Shown here piece after piece: positions 16,087 to 23,486 of a stretch of 24,000 nucleotides of DNA; the stretch's first letter is position 1, and each line of letters begins with the position of its first letter. The stretch comes from Bacillus sp. NTK071. GTDB lineage: Bacteria > Bacillota > Bacilli > Bacillales > Guptibacillaceae. Under the pieces are notes generated by a model. It ran no database searches and was not told the origin of the DNA. It worked only from the letters and a program-made list of their open reading frames with translations. The stretch is from positions 131,396-155,395 of the forward strand of contig NZ_JAFKOI010000002.1 of assembly GCF_017303315.1 (NCBI RefSeq). Reading direction: 5' to 3'. The position numbers and the translations under genes were made by a program.

Positions 16087-16970
16087 CAGCGTACTCTCCC
16101 CTTTAACATTCTCAATCGATGTTTCTGTATAGCTCCAATTGACGAAATCGCTAAAAGAAGAGCCACTATACCAGGAACAATCATGGCGGAAAAAGCTAGT
16201 GGACGTTTACTCCAATCTCCATCATAAAACCATTCATATGCCCGAACTGGCAACATTTCCGGTCTTGTAACGCCCAGTAAATAGGGGACTTCAAAAGCCG
16301 ACGCAACGAAGGCAAATAAAATAACAGCTGTTTCAATAATAATTGGTAGTAGCCATGGCCATTCAACGGTTTTAAAAGCATCCCATTTAGAACCGCCTAG
16401 CGTTCTGACTACTTCCGAAAAGCGATGATCTATTTCGTAATAAACTGGCAAGAGCATTAAAATAACAAATGGTACTTCTTTCCATACATAAGTTAGAATA
16501 ATTCCTATCCCAAATTGTTCTTGTACAACTATAGGAAATTCGATTCTATCCTCTATTATTCCAAAGTAAAAAAGTAGTGAAGAAAGTAATCCACTTTGAG
16601 AGAAAAACAAAAAAACTAAATAACCTGCTACAAAATGTGGAATTAGGATTGGAATCCAGACTAGTATCTTTGCAGATGAGTCCTTAAAAAACTGATACAG
16701 CAGTCTTGTCATTACTAAGCCAATCGCTAAAGCAAGAAACGTAGCGATCGTTGTAACACGTATTGTTAACAAGATAGAGTCGAAGAAAAGTTGATTATGA
16801 AACAAGTTTACGTATGAATCAGCTGTCCAACTGCCATCAATTGCCTGGAAACTCTGGGCAACAGCAGACCACATCCCATAACCTACAAGTAAGAGAATGG
16901 CCATCACCGCAGGTAGCAGATAAATCCCTGCCCTCCATTTATTTTTCAATAACCTGATTTGCCCATTCAT
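16086..16970 (-). CDS. ABC transporter permease (BPD_transp_1 type)
   Basis: 294 aa with 6 TM helices and an EAA-like loop (SEVVRTLGGSKWDAFKTVEWPWLLP). The ATG at 16970 overlaps the 3' end of the binding-protein gene by 32 nt. Confidence 0.9.
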   Translation of the reverse strand: MNGQIRLLKNKWRAGIYLLPAVMAILLLVGYGMWSAVAQSFQAIDGSWTADSYVNLFHNQLFFDSILLTIRVTTIATFLALAIGLVMTRLLYQFFKDSSAKILVWIPILIPHFVAGYLVFLFFSQSGLLSSLLFYFGIIEDRIEFPIVVQEQFGIGIILTYVWKEVPFVILMLLPVYYEIDHRFSEVVRTLGGSKWDAFKTVEWPWLLPIIIETAVILFAFVASAFEVPYLLGVTRPEMLPVRAYEWFYDGDWSKRPLAFSAMIVPGIVALLLAISSIGAIQKHRLRMLKGRVR

Positions 16971-18177
16971 TGTTTATCCACTCCGTATATCCTGTATCTA
17001 AATCTGGAAGCTTGTACTGATTTAAGATTTCTGTTGAAAGCACACTGTCACCTCGATCAAGACTTTTTATCTTGTTTTGGTTTTCTTCACTTAATTTATC
17101 GAAATTTAACACCGTTCCTTCTCCCCACATTTCCGGATCCATTTTCGCAATCTGCGCTTCAGGTGATTCAAGAAAATTGATAACCGTCATCGCACCTTCT
17201 GGATTAGGACTGTTAAATGGAATACTAAGATAGTGCGTATTTGAGATGGAACCGGGTTTTTCAAGAATAAAAGATTTTGTGCTATCAGGGAATGTTCCAT
17301 TAGCGATTAAACTTTCCGCTCTTGCACTATTGAATCCCATTGTCATCCAAACCTCACCCTGACTATATAAAGTATCGAGTTTTGTTAATGACTCGGGATA
17401 AGTTTCCCCGCTCTTCCAGAGGGAAGATTTGATGTCTGTGAGATAATTCCAAACGTAGTCTTCAGCGTTTTTCAGGACTTCTTCATTTACCTCTTTAGCA
17501 AGGATATCAGTATTTTCTGAAGCGCCTTCTACTAGAAGATGCTTGACAAAAGTATTCCCTGTGAAATCCGAAACGTTTGGATAAGTAAATTTGCCTGGAT
17601 GATCGTTAATCCATTGCTTTAATTCTTCAAGATTGTTTGGAGGTGAATCTACTTTGCTTGAATCATAATTAAAAACAAATTGAACATTTCCCCATGGTGC
17701 TTCTAACCCATCAATTTTCGTCCCCTGGTCAAATTTTGCATTCGGATCACTTGAACCGATGTACTCATTGAAATTCGGAAGTTTATTCGTAAAGGAACCG
17801 AATAACATATCACTATTTTTTGCATTTTTGAAGTTTGCTCCATTGATCCAAATAACATCAATCGTTCCTTTATTCTTACCAGCCTTCTTCTCTGTTAATA
17901 ACTTTTGCATAAATTCTTCGGTATTCATGGGGCGACGATTTAATGTAATGTTATATTCTTCTTCTAATCTAGGTGTTGCCCACTCATCGATATATTGGTT
18001 AATCCCCTCATCGCCTCCCCACATAAAAAGATTGACTTCTGTTCCTTCAGCAGATGATTCAATTTCATCCCATTTTTTTGAGAGAATATCTTCATTCTCT
18101 ACCTTGCTCCCGTTATCGTTTCCACAACCAACAATAAGAAGAAGTATCCCCATTAGTAGTAATGATTTCCACTTCAT
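16939..18177 (-). CDS. ABC transporter substrate-binding lipoprotein, YnjB-like (COG4134-type)
   Basis: From track ORF 16939-18216. The preferred start is ATG 18177 (MKWKSLLLMGILLLIVGCGND), with GGGGGA 6 nt upstream. It has a lipoprotein signal peptide with lipobox IVGC. The mature part has VNLFMWGGDEGINQYIDEW, IDVIWINGANF and GLEAPWGNVQFVF, which match the pattern I recall for E. coli YnjB. Confidence 0.88.
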   Translation of the reverse strand: MKWKSLLLMGILLLIVGCGNDNGSKVENEDILSKKWDEIESSAEGTEVNLFMWGGDEGINQYIDEWATPRLEEEYNITLNRRPMNTEEFMQKLLTEKKAGKNKGTIDVIWINGANFKNAKNSDMLFGSFTNKLPNFNEYIGSSDPNAKFDQGTKIDGLEAPWGNVQFVFNYDSSKVDSPPNNLEELKQWINDHPGKFTYPNVSDFTGNTFVKHLLVEGASENTDILAKEVNEEVLKNAEDYVWNYLTDIKSSLWKSGETYPESLTKLDTLYSQGEVWMTMGFNSARAESLIANGTFPDSTKSFILEKPGSISNTHYLSIPFNSPNPEGAMTVINFLESPEAQIAKMDPEMWGEGTVLNFDKLSEENQNKIKSLDRGDSVLSTEILNQYKLPDLDTGYTEWINNEWANQVIEK

Positions 18178-18344
18178 TTCGTATCCCCCTTTTCCTTTAT
18201 CGTAGCAATCAACCATCTAAGTTACGAACTTTATTGTGCTTTGTTTACTCATTTACTTATGTATACGCATCTCATTCTAAGTATACCTTTTTTACTATGA
18301 CTATGCTGTAATGCAACTTACAAGTAAATCTTCATAAATCATAC

Positions 18345-18378
18345 AAAAAGCAATAGCCACTATGGCTATTGCTTTATC
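18345..18378 (-). terminator. Rho-independent terminator of the surface-protein gene
   Basis: A 10-bp perfect stem (gcaatagcca / tggctattgc) with a 3-nt loop. On the minus strand it is followed by TTTTTGTATG. It insulates the downstream ABC operon. Confidence 0.75.
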
Positions 18379-18422
18379 AAAAAGTGGGCATTATATTATA
18401 CCACTATAGCTGTTTATCACTC

Positions 18423-19805
18423 TTAGTTCTTTTGCACTTTTCTACGTACTACCACGCCTGTAGCTGCCATCGTTGCAAGTACAGCTGCAAGAATCCACTC
18501 AATTGGCATCTGTTGATCTGCTGTACCACCCATACCTGTTTTCGGCATATCAGTTGGCATTGCTTCCATCGCAAATTTGTCTGGGAATTGATTTACAAAA
18601 GCACCAGATAGTCCTTTTGCAGGTTTATACATATGAGCATATGCTTCACGTACGGAATTATATGCAGCATCATAATCTTCTGTTGTGTAGCTATCAAATG
18701 CAGTAATCAATTGATTTACGTGCATTTGCAATCCTTCAGATAATGCCCCCGCTTCCAATCGTCCTTCTGTTGCTGTTTCAAGGAAGCTTGAGAAATCAGC
18801 TCGGTAAGCTTCAAGAGCTTCAAGCGCTTTTTCTTTAGCTGCTTCGTCTTCAGAACCTGTAGCTTGAACATATTCTACGAAGTTACCAATGTGTCCAGAC
18901 CACATTTCTTTAAATTGATTTCCTGCTTCTTCACCATAAACAGAAGCAATTGCTGCTGCTAGATCATCAGTGTTTTCACTTAGTGCAGCTGCAGAAGCAT
19001 CGAAATCTTCAGTTCCATCAATACCATTTTGCATTGTCATCATAGCAAGACCAGCATGTTCAGATAGAAGATGCCCTAGCCCTGCACGAAGGTCAGAAGC
19101 TGGAGTTACTGCTTTAGTGTTATTGAATTTATCAGGGAATTGATCCGTAATAGCGCTTGAGAAACCTTTTGCTACCATGTGCATATGACCAATAGCTTCA
19201 CGTTCTTTCTCATATGCCATTTCATAATCTCCGGCAACATAGCTATCAAATGATCCGATTAATTGATTAATATGTCCTTGTAAACCTTTTGCTAGCGTTT
19301 CCGCTTCAAGGCGCTTGCCAGTTGCGTTCTCAATGAACTTAGAAAAATCTTCTTTGTAGCCTTCTAAGTTATCAAGCGCTTTTTGCTTCGCATCTTCATC
19401 ATTGTTGCCTGTAGCTTTAACATAGTCTACGAAAAAGCCAATGTGATTACTCCAAATTTCGTTAAATTGAGCTCCCGCTTCTTCTCCATAAACAGAAGTA
19501 ATTGCTGCAGAAAGATCTTCTGTATTTTCATTTAGGGCTCCAGCAGAAGCTTCGAAATCCGCAGCTCCTTCAGCACCCTTTCTCATTGTTTCTACTGCAA
19601 GATATGCATGTTCACTCAGTAGATGACCAAGATCTGCACGAAGATCAGCAGCAGGCGTTTCAACTGTTGGCTTGTCCATATGATCACCATGACCATCTGC
19701 AAAAGCACCTGATGTTGGGATTAATAGTGAAAAACTAATTGGCACTATTAGAAGTCCTTTTTTCCAGTCTATAACTTTCTTCTTCATATTCTTTTCGGTT
19801 CTCAT
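18423..19805 (-). CDS. Secreted, sortase-anchored cell-wall protein with two tandem His-rich helical repeats
   Basis: From track ORF 18423-19862. The preferred start is ATG 19805 (MRTEKNMKKKVIDWKKGLLIVPISFSLLIPTSGAFADG), downstream of AAGGGGAG. It has a signal peptide, two repeats of 178 aa, and a C-terminal sorting signal: MPKTG, a hydrophobic stretch (WILAAVLATMAATGVVV), then the basic tail RRKVQKN. Confidence 0.85.
   Translation of the reverse strand: MRTEKNMKKKVIDWKKGLLIVPISFSLLIPTSGAFADGHGDHMDKPTVETPAADLRADLGHLLSEHAYLAVETMRKGAEGAADFEASAGALNENTEDLSAAITSVYGEEAGAQFNEIWSNHIGFFVDYVKATGNNDEDAKQKALDNLEGYKEDFSKFIENATGKRLEAETLAKGLQGHINQLIGSFDSYVAGDYEMAYEKEREAIGHMHMVAKGFSSAITDQFPDKFNNTKAVTPASDLRAGLGHLLSEHAGLAMMTMQNGIDGTEDFDASAAALSENTDDLAAAIASVYGEEAGNQFKEMWSGHIGNFVEYVQATGSEDEAAKEKALEALEAYRADFSSFLETATEGRLEAGALSEGLQMHVNQLITAFDSYTTEDYDAAYNSVREAYAHMYKPAKGLSGAFVNQFPDKFAMEAMPTDMPKTGMGGTADQQMPIEWILAAVLATMAATGVVVRRKVQKN
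18534..18548 (-). other. Sortase recognition pentapeptide variant MPKTG
   Basis: The complement of acctgttttcggcat is ATGCCGAAAACAGGT, which encodes M-P-K-T-G. It is followed by a hydrophobic segment of about 20 aa and RRKVQKN. Confidence 0.7.
18573..19106 (-). repeat. Intragenic repeat 2 of the surface protein (178 codons)
   Basis: TPASDLRAGLGHLLSEHAGLA...FVNQFPDKF. Same length and register as repeat 1, offset by 184 codons. Confidence 0.85.
19125..19658 (-). repeat. Intragenic repeat 1 of the surface protein (178 codons)
   Basis: TPAADLRADLGHLLSEHAYLA...ITDQFPDKF. My manual gapless alignment to repeat 2 gives about 114/178 identical residues. Confidence 0.85.
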
Positions 19806-19856
19806 CTTCAAATCCACTCCCCTTGTTTTGTTTTTACACTTAGCTAACGAAAGGAA

Positions 19857-19875
19857 GATCATTTTGGATCATTTT
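19857..19875. repeat. Direct repeat GATCATTTT-G-GATCATTTT upstream of the surface-protein gene
   Basis: Two exact 9-mers with 10-bp periodicity, 52-70 nt upstream of the ATG at 19805. Each contains a GATC site. A regulatory role is only an inference. Confidence 0.4.
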
Positions 19876-19915
19876 TAATAAAAATTCTTTTTGATTTTTA
19901 TACAACAATTAACGA

Positions 19916-19972
19916 AAAACCTGCAATACCCTTGATGTAGTAGGATCTTGCAGGTTATGTTTTTTCTTTTTT
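19916..19972. terminator. Hairpin with T-runs on both strands, probable terminator of the GNAT gene at 20015-20494
   Basis: A 9-bp stem (aacctgcaa / ttgcaggtt) around a 21-nt loop. The minus strand then reads TTTTTCG and the plus strand reads ATGTTTTTTCTTTTTTT. The large loop makes it weaker than the other terminators. Confidence 0.5.
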
Positions 19973-20014
19973 TGTTTAGGCTATGTTAGCTTACATTGTT
20001 GATTTTTCCTAGGG

Positions 20015-20494
20015 TTAAAAAGAGTTATGTAAATCGAGTTCTTTTTCCATGCTAATAAAGGGGTACGTTCCACCGTTTGTATGCTGGATAAATGTTTTCG
20101 TACGAATAAATCCAGCTTTTTGATAAACTTTAATTGCTCTCTTATTGAATTCAGCAACAGCCATGGTAAGTGAACTTGGTTGATATAAATCAATTGCTTT
20201 TTGAATACCTGCCGTCAAGAAATCCAATCCATTTCCTTGACCTACCATTTGAGGATTCATACCAAGGCCAATTTCAACTTGATTTACTTCATGTTCATTA
20301 AAGCAAAAAAATCCTATGAGCCCACCATTCTGATAGACGCTCCAATAATTTTCATTTCCAGCTGCAACGTCCCGGAATTCTCTCAAATCTTCCATATCTG
20401 CTTGCATATCATAGAATGCATAAATTCCATCATATTCCCACGCAATCACTTGCTCCACTTCTTCTTGATTCATGATATTAAAATGATAGTTCAT
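20015..20494 (-). CDS. GNAT-family N-acetyltransferase
   Basis: From track ORF 20015-20512. The preferred start is ATG 20494 (MNYHFNIMNQEE...), with AGAGGGAG upstream. The acetyl-CoA motif region is MVGQGNGLDFL, plus NKRAIKVYQKAGF. Confidence 0.87.
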   Translation of the reverse strand: MNYHFNIMNQEEVEQVIAWEYDGIYAFYDMQADMEDLREFRDVAAGNENYWSVYQNGGLIGFFCFNEHEVNQVEIGLGMNPQMVGQGNGLDFLTAGIQKAIDLYQPSSLTMAVAEFNKRAIKVYQKAGFIRTKTFIQHTNGGTYPFISMEKELDLHNSF

Positions 20495-20530
20495 TAAACT
20501 CCCTCTTTCCAATTACGATTTAGTAAACTT

Positions 20531-20563
20531 GAAAAGCCCCATGCCGGGATAAGCATGGGGCTC
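20531..20563 (-). terminator. Rho-independent terminator after the GNAT gene at 20697-21128
   Basis: A 10-bp GC-rich stem (agccccatgc / gcatggggct) with an 8-nt loop. The minus strand then reads TTTTCAAGTTT. Confidence 0.7.
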
Positions 20564-20696
20564 ACAATTTATATTTTAAGGGGGACAGGAACCGGGGAAG
20601 TTCCTGTGAAAATAGTGTACCAAGAACCATGTTCATTTAGGCTAATTATGAGTTGTTTTTCACATTGTTTTAATAAATGAAAAGAATAGTAAACAA

Positions 20697-21128
20697 CTAT
20701 TTATATACCATTATCGTTTGTAGTTCTTTGAAGCCAATATCTTTATAAATATACTTAGCGAAATTTGATGAATAAACATTTAAGCGAATTTCATCATATC
20801 CTTGTTCCTTAAAATTCGCTATGCTTGCCTCAACAAGCTTTTTTGAAAATCCTTTACCTCTAAATTTGGGAAACACAAACACATCATAAATAAAACCATG
20901 CTTATTTTCTGTGAAATAATCTGTGTTTTCACCTAACAACACCCAGCCTGCAATTTCATCCCCATCTCGGTAAATAAGATGATATCCACCGCGATCAAGA
21001 ATAGATGAGACAATTTGAAGTGCTTTCTCTTCCTTTACAATGCCAGGATTCGTCGTTCCTTCATTAACTGACTGAATGGAATTGGATAGAATATAATCCC
21101 TTTCCTCTATATTTGCTCGCTCAATCAC
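20697..21128 (-). CDS. GNAT-family N-acetyltransferase
   Basis: 143 aa, with a GTG start 7 nt after GGAGGGG. Motif A is VFPKFRGKGFSKKLV, and the C-terminal region is NFAKYIYKDIGF. Confidence 0.87.
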   Translation of the reverse strand: MIERANIEERDYILSNSIQSVNEGTTNPGIVKEEKALQIVSSILDRGGYHLIYRDGDEIAGWVLLGENTDYFTENKHGFIYDVFVFPKFRGKGFSKKLVEASIANFKEQGYDEIRLNVYSSNFAKYIYKDIGFKELQTIMVYK

Positions 21129-21248
21129 GCATTGTCCCCTCCATCAACTTTATATTTCATTATCCGTTACTTCTTGATGATTGATGGTCTTTCCTTCTTA
21201 TTATGAATAATGGATAAATCCACCAATTTCTTGCAGTATAGTAAAGCA

Positions 21249-21812
21249 TTATTTATTAATTTTTGCATATACACATGTATCAATTAATTCTTTTCCATCA
21301 ATAGACATGCCATCCTTTCGAAGGATAGCTTCGAGATCAAAATTTACTCGCTCTGCTACTTTACGACTTCGGAGATTATTCGTGTTACAACGTATCTCAA
21401 CTCTCTTTGCATTAAGTTGATCAAATGCAAAATCTGAAATGCCTTGTACTGCTTCAGTCATAAATCCATACCCGGAATATCTGGTATCCATCCAGTAACC
21501 AATTTCAAATTTACGAACATTCCAATCGATGCGATGAAGCCCTGAAGAACCTATAAATTCACCAGAAGCTTTATGAAAAAGAAGAAGTCTTAAATCTGTT
21601 CTTTTTAAAAAGTCAGCATGCGATTCTCGTATATTTGCTTCAACATCGTCTAGCGTCTGCTCTGAACGAGCAAATGGCATCCATGGTTTCAACTCTTCAA
21701 TAGAGGCCTGAATAGACTGGTGAACTGCCTTACCGTCACCAGGCATTGGATACCGAATATGTAAGCGATCTGTTTCAAATTCAAATGGGAAATCAATAAG
21801 AATCGGTTTCAT
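21249..21812 (-). CDS. GNAT-family N-acetyltransferase, RimJ/RimL (Acetyltransf_3) type
   Basis: 187 aa. Typical RimJ/L layout: TDRLHIRYP near the N-terminus, EIGYWMDTRYSGYGFMTEA, and NLRSRKVAERVNF. RBS is GGAGGAAG. Confidence 0.9.
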   Translation of the reverse strand: MKPILIDFPFEFETDRLHIRYPMPGDGKAVHQSIQASIEELKPWMPFARSEQTLDDVEANIRESHADFLKRTDLRLLLFHKASGEFIGSSGLHRIDWNVRKFEIGYWMDTRYSGYGFMTEAVQGISDFAFDQLNAKRVEIRCNTNNLRSRKVAERVNFDLEAILRKDGMSIDGKELIDTCVYAKINK

Positions 21813-22036
21813 ATGACACTTCCTCCAACAACTCCAAAAGATGTCAGAATTATACCATTAATGCGATATCTGTCAAGTGTCCCTACTACTACCAATATAC
21901 TGTTCACTCTTAATTTTTATCTAACTATACCGAATGCACAAATTGAACCAATGTCGTTTCATTAACCATTTTGACCTGTTCTAACCGAATAACCTCTTAT
22001 ATACTAGATAATACCACGAAGAAAGGAGCATATATT

Positions 22037-22660
22037 ATGGACGTTTCTTTGCTATTATCATTCCTTGGCGCTGCTGTACTTCTCACTTTGATGCCAGGAC
22101 CAGACAATTTATTTGTCCTTGCACAAAGCATTTCTCAGAATAAAAAAGCAGGTATTGCTACATCACTTGGTCTTTGTTCAGGGCTTCTTGTACATATTAC
22201 TGCTGCTGCAGTAGGTATATCAGCTATTTTGTATCAGTCAACACTAGCATTCTCGATCGTTAAGTATCTTGGCGCCGCTTATTTACTTTTCATGGCCTAT
22301 CAAGCTTTTCGCGAAAAAGCGTCTACGTCAACACTCCAAAATCAGCAGTCGCGTTCATATTCTTCCTTGTATCGTAAAGGAATTGTGATGAATATCCTGA
22401 ATCCTAAGGTGTCTCTGTTTTTTCTTGCCCTACTTCCACAATTCATCGATCAGCATGCAGGATACCCTGCTCTTCAGATGGTATTGCTCGGAGGCATTTT
22501 CATCCTTCAAGCATTGATTATTTTCAGTGGAATTAGTGTATTTGCGGGTGTAATCTCAACCCTTGTAACACAAAACGGAAAGGCTTCAAGAAGAATCAAT
22601 CTCCTAAAAGGAACACTCCTAGCTATCATTGGGATTCAAATAGCTTTTAGTGAAAAATGA
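22037..22660 (+). CDS. LysE/RhtB-family amino-acid exporter
   Basis: From track ORF 21971-22660. The preferred start is ATG 22037, 7 nt after AAAGGAG. The N-terminal LysE signature is LLTLMPGPDNLFVLAQS, later NPKVSLFFLALLPQF. About 6 TM helices. Confidence 0.9.
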   Translation: MDVSLLLSFLGAAVLLTLMPGPDNLFVLAQSISQNKKAGIATSLGLCSGLLVHITAAAVGISAILYQSTLAFSIVKYLGAAYLLFMAYQAFREKASTSTLQNQQSRSYSSLYRKGIVMNILNPKVSLFFLALLPQFIDQHAGYPALQMVLLGGIFILQALIIFSGISVFAGVISTLVTQNGKASRRINLLKGTLLAIIGIQIAFSEK

Positions 22661-22696
22661 AAACAGCGTCCGCATACAATGCGGACGCTGTTTCGT
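22661..22696. terminator. Bidirectional rho-independent terminator
   Basis: A 14-bp perfect stem (aaacagcgtccgca / tgcggacgctgttt) with a 5-nt loop. It lies between the convergent lysE-family and 3-hydroxybutyrate dehydrogenase genes. Confidence 0.82.
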
Positions 22697-22709
22697 TAAT
22701 ATTTACCAA

Positions 22710-23486
22710 CTACTGTGCCGTATATCCTCCATCAATTAGAAGTGCTTGTCCAGTGATGCTTTTAGCTGCATTACTAGCAATAAACATCGAATAGTCAGCA
22801 ATCTCCTTTACCTCAAGAAGTCGTTTTTGTGGTACGAGTGGATAAATGACTTCTTCCAGCACCTTTTCTAATTCAACACCTCGTTCTTTTGCTAAATCTT
22901 CCATTTGCCCTCGAACTAATGGTGTATCCACATAACCAGGGGCCATAGCGTTAACTGTAATTCCGTGCTCTGCACCTTCAAGTGCTGATACTTTGGTTAA
23001 TCCAATAAGACCATGTTTCGCACTATTATATGCTGCTTTACCAGCAAATCCGATTACGCCATTTATTGATGCCATATTAATAATTCTCCCAAATCCTTGT
23101 TTCTTCATGATTGGAAATACATGTTTTGTTGCAATGAATGGTGCTGTCAACATGATATCTTGCATCATGCGAAACTTTTCTGTAGGGAAATTCTCGATCG
23201 CCGAAACATGTTGAAGACCAGCATTATTGATCAATACATCCAGACGTCCATATTTCTCTACAGTTCTATTAATGGCAGACTTAATTTCTTCTTCATTTGT
23301 TACATCTGCTTTGATCCCAATAACATCATAACCTTTGTCTCTAAGGTTACTTGCCGCTTCCTCAGTACCTTCTTCATTAATATCTGACAATACTACTTTC
23401 GCTCCGTTTGAAGCAAATGTCTCGCCTATTTCAAATCCGATTCCTCTTGCTGCACCTGTAATAAATACAGTCTTGTTGTTTACCAT
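22710..23486 (-). CDS. 3-hydroxybutyrate dehydrogenase (short-chain dehydrogenase/reductase)
   Basis: 258 aa SDR with TGAARGIG, NNAG and the catalytic YNSAKHG. Segments LQHVSAIENFPTEKF and PGYVDTPLV are typical of D-beta-hydroxybutyrate dehydrogenases (B. subtilis YxjF type). Confidence 0.85.
   Translation of the reverse strand: MVNNKTVFITGAARGIGFEIGETFASNGAKVVLSDINEEGTEEAASNLRDKGYDVIGIKADVTNEEEIKSAINRTVEKYGRLDVLINNAGLQHVSAIENFPTEKFRMMQDIMLTAPFIATKHVFPIMKKQGFGRIINMASINGVIGFAGKAAYNSAKHGLIGLTKVSALEGAEHGITVNAMAPGYVDTPLVRGQMEDLAKERGVELEKVLEEVIYPLVPQKRLLEVKEIADYSMFIASNAAKSITGQALLIDGGYTAQ

Noticed and set aside
17759-18205. A 148-aa plus-strand ORF opposite the substrate-binding protein gene. It is the longest of the shadow ORFs.
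   Set aside because: It has no RBS and no recognisable motifs. It overlaps a gene with a strong lipoprotein signal and conserved SBP motifs, and it sits inside a tightly coupled operon on the other strand.
18178-18216. N-terminal extensions proposed by the ORF track. Examples are MVDCYDKGKGGYE on the SBP, MIFLSLAKCKNKTRGVDLK on the surface protein (19806-19862), MERGSL on the GNAT (20495-20512), MTCSNRITSYILDNTTKKGAYI on LysE (21971-22036) and MALGGGV on PncA (1122-1142).
   Set aside because: In every case a downstream in-frame start has a properly spaced Shine-Dalgarno sequence and gives a canonical N-terminus (a signal peptide or the family start). The extended starts lack an RBS.
18217-18344. 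The leader and promoter region of the eight-gene operon, examined for a riboswitch, T-box or clear sigma-A promoter. Candidates were TTGCAT-N16-TAAAAA, TAGAAT, and a GTATAC...GTATAC pair.
   Set aside because: No candidate has good -35 and -10 elements at proper spacing, and no structured RNA motif is recognisable. The promoter therefore remains unassigned.
20585-20607. A second hairpin (acaggaac-cggggaa-gttcctgt) upstream of the terminator at 20531-20563, flanked by GGGGG/CCCCC. Considered as a possible repeat element or sRNA.
   Set aside because: The stem is only 8 bp, there is a single copy in the window, and no T-tract follows on either strand. It may add to termination or be fortuitous. 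There is not enough evidence to call a feature.
21813-22036. A 224-nt intergenic region upstream of the LysE exporter, considered as a possible riboswitch or leader.
   Set aside because: The sequence is AT-rich, with no conserved riboswitch core motifs that I recognise. It has no stable GC-rich helices and no terminator/antiterminator pair. It is more simply explained as two divergent promoters.
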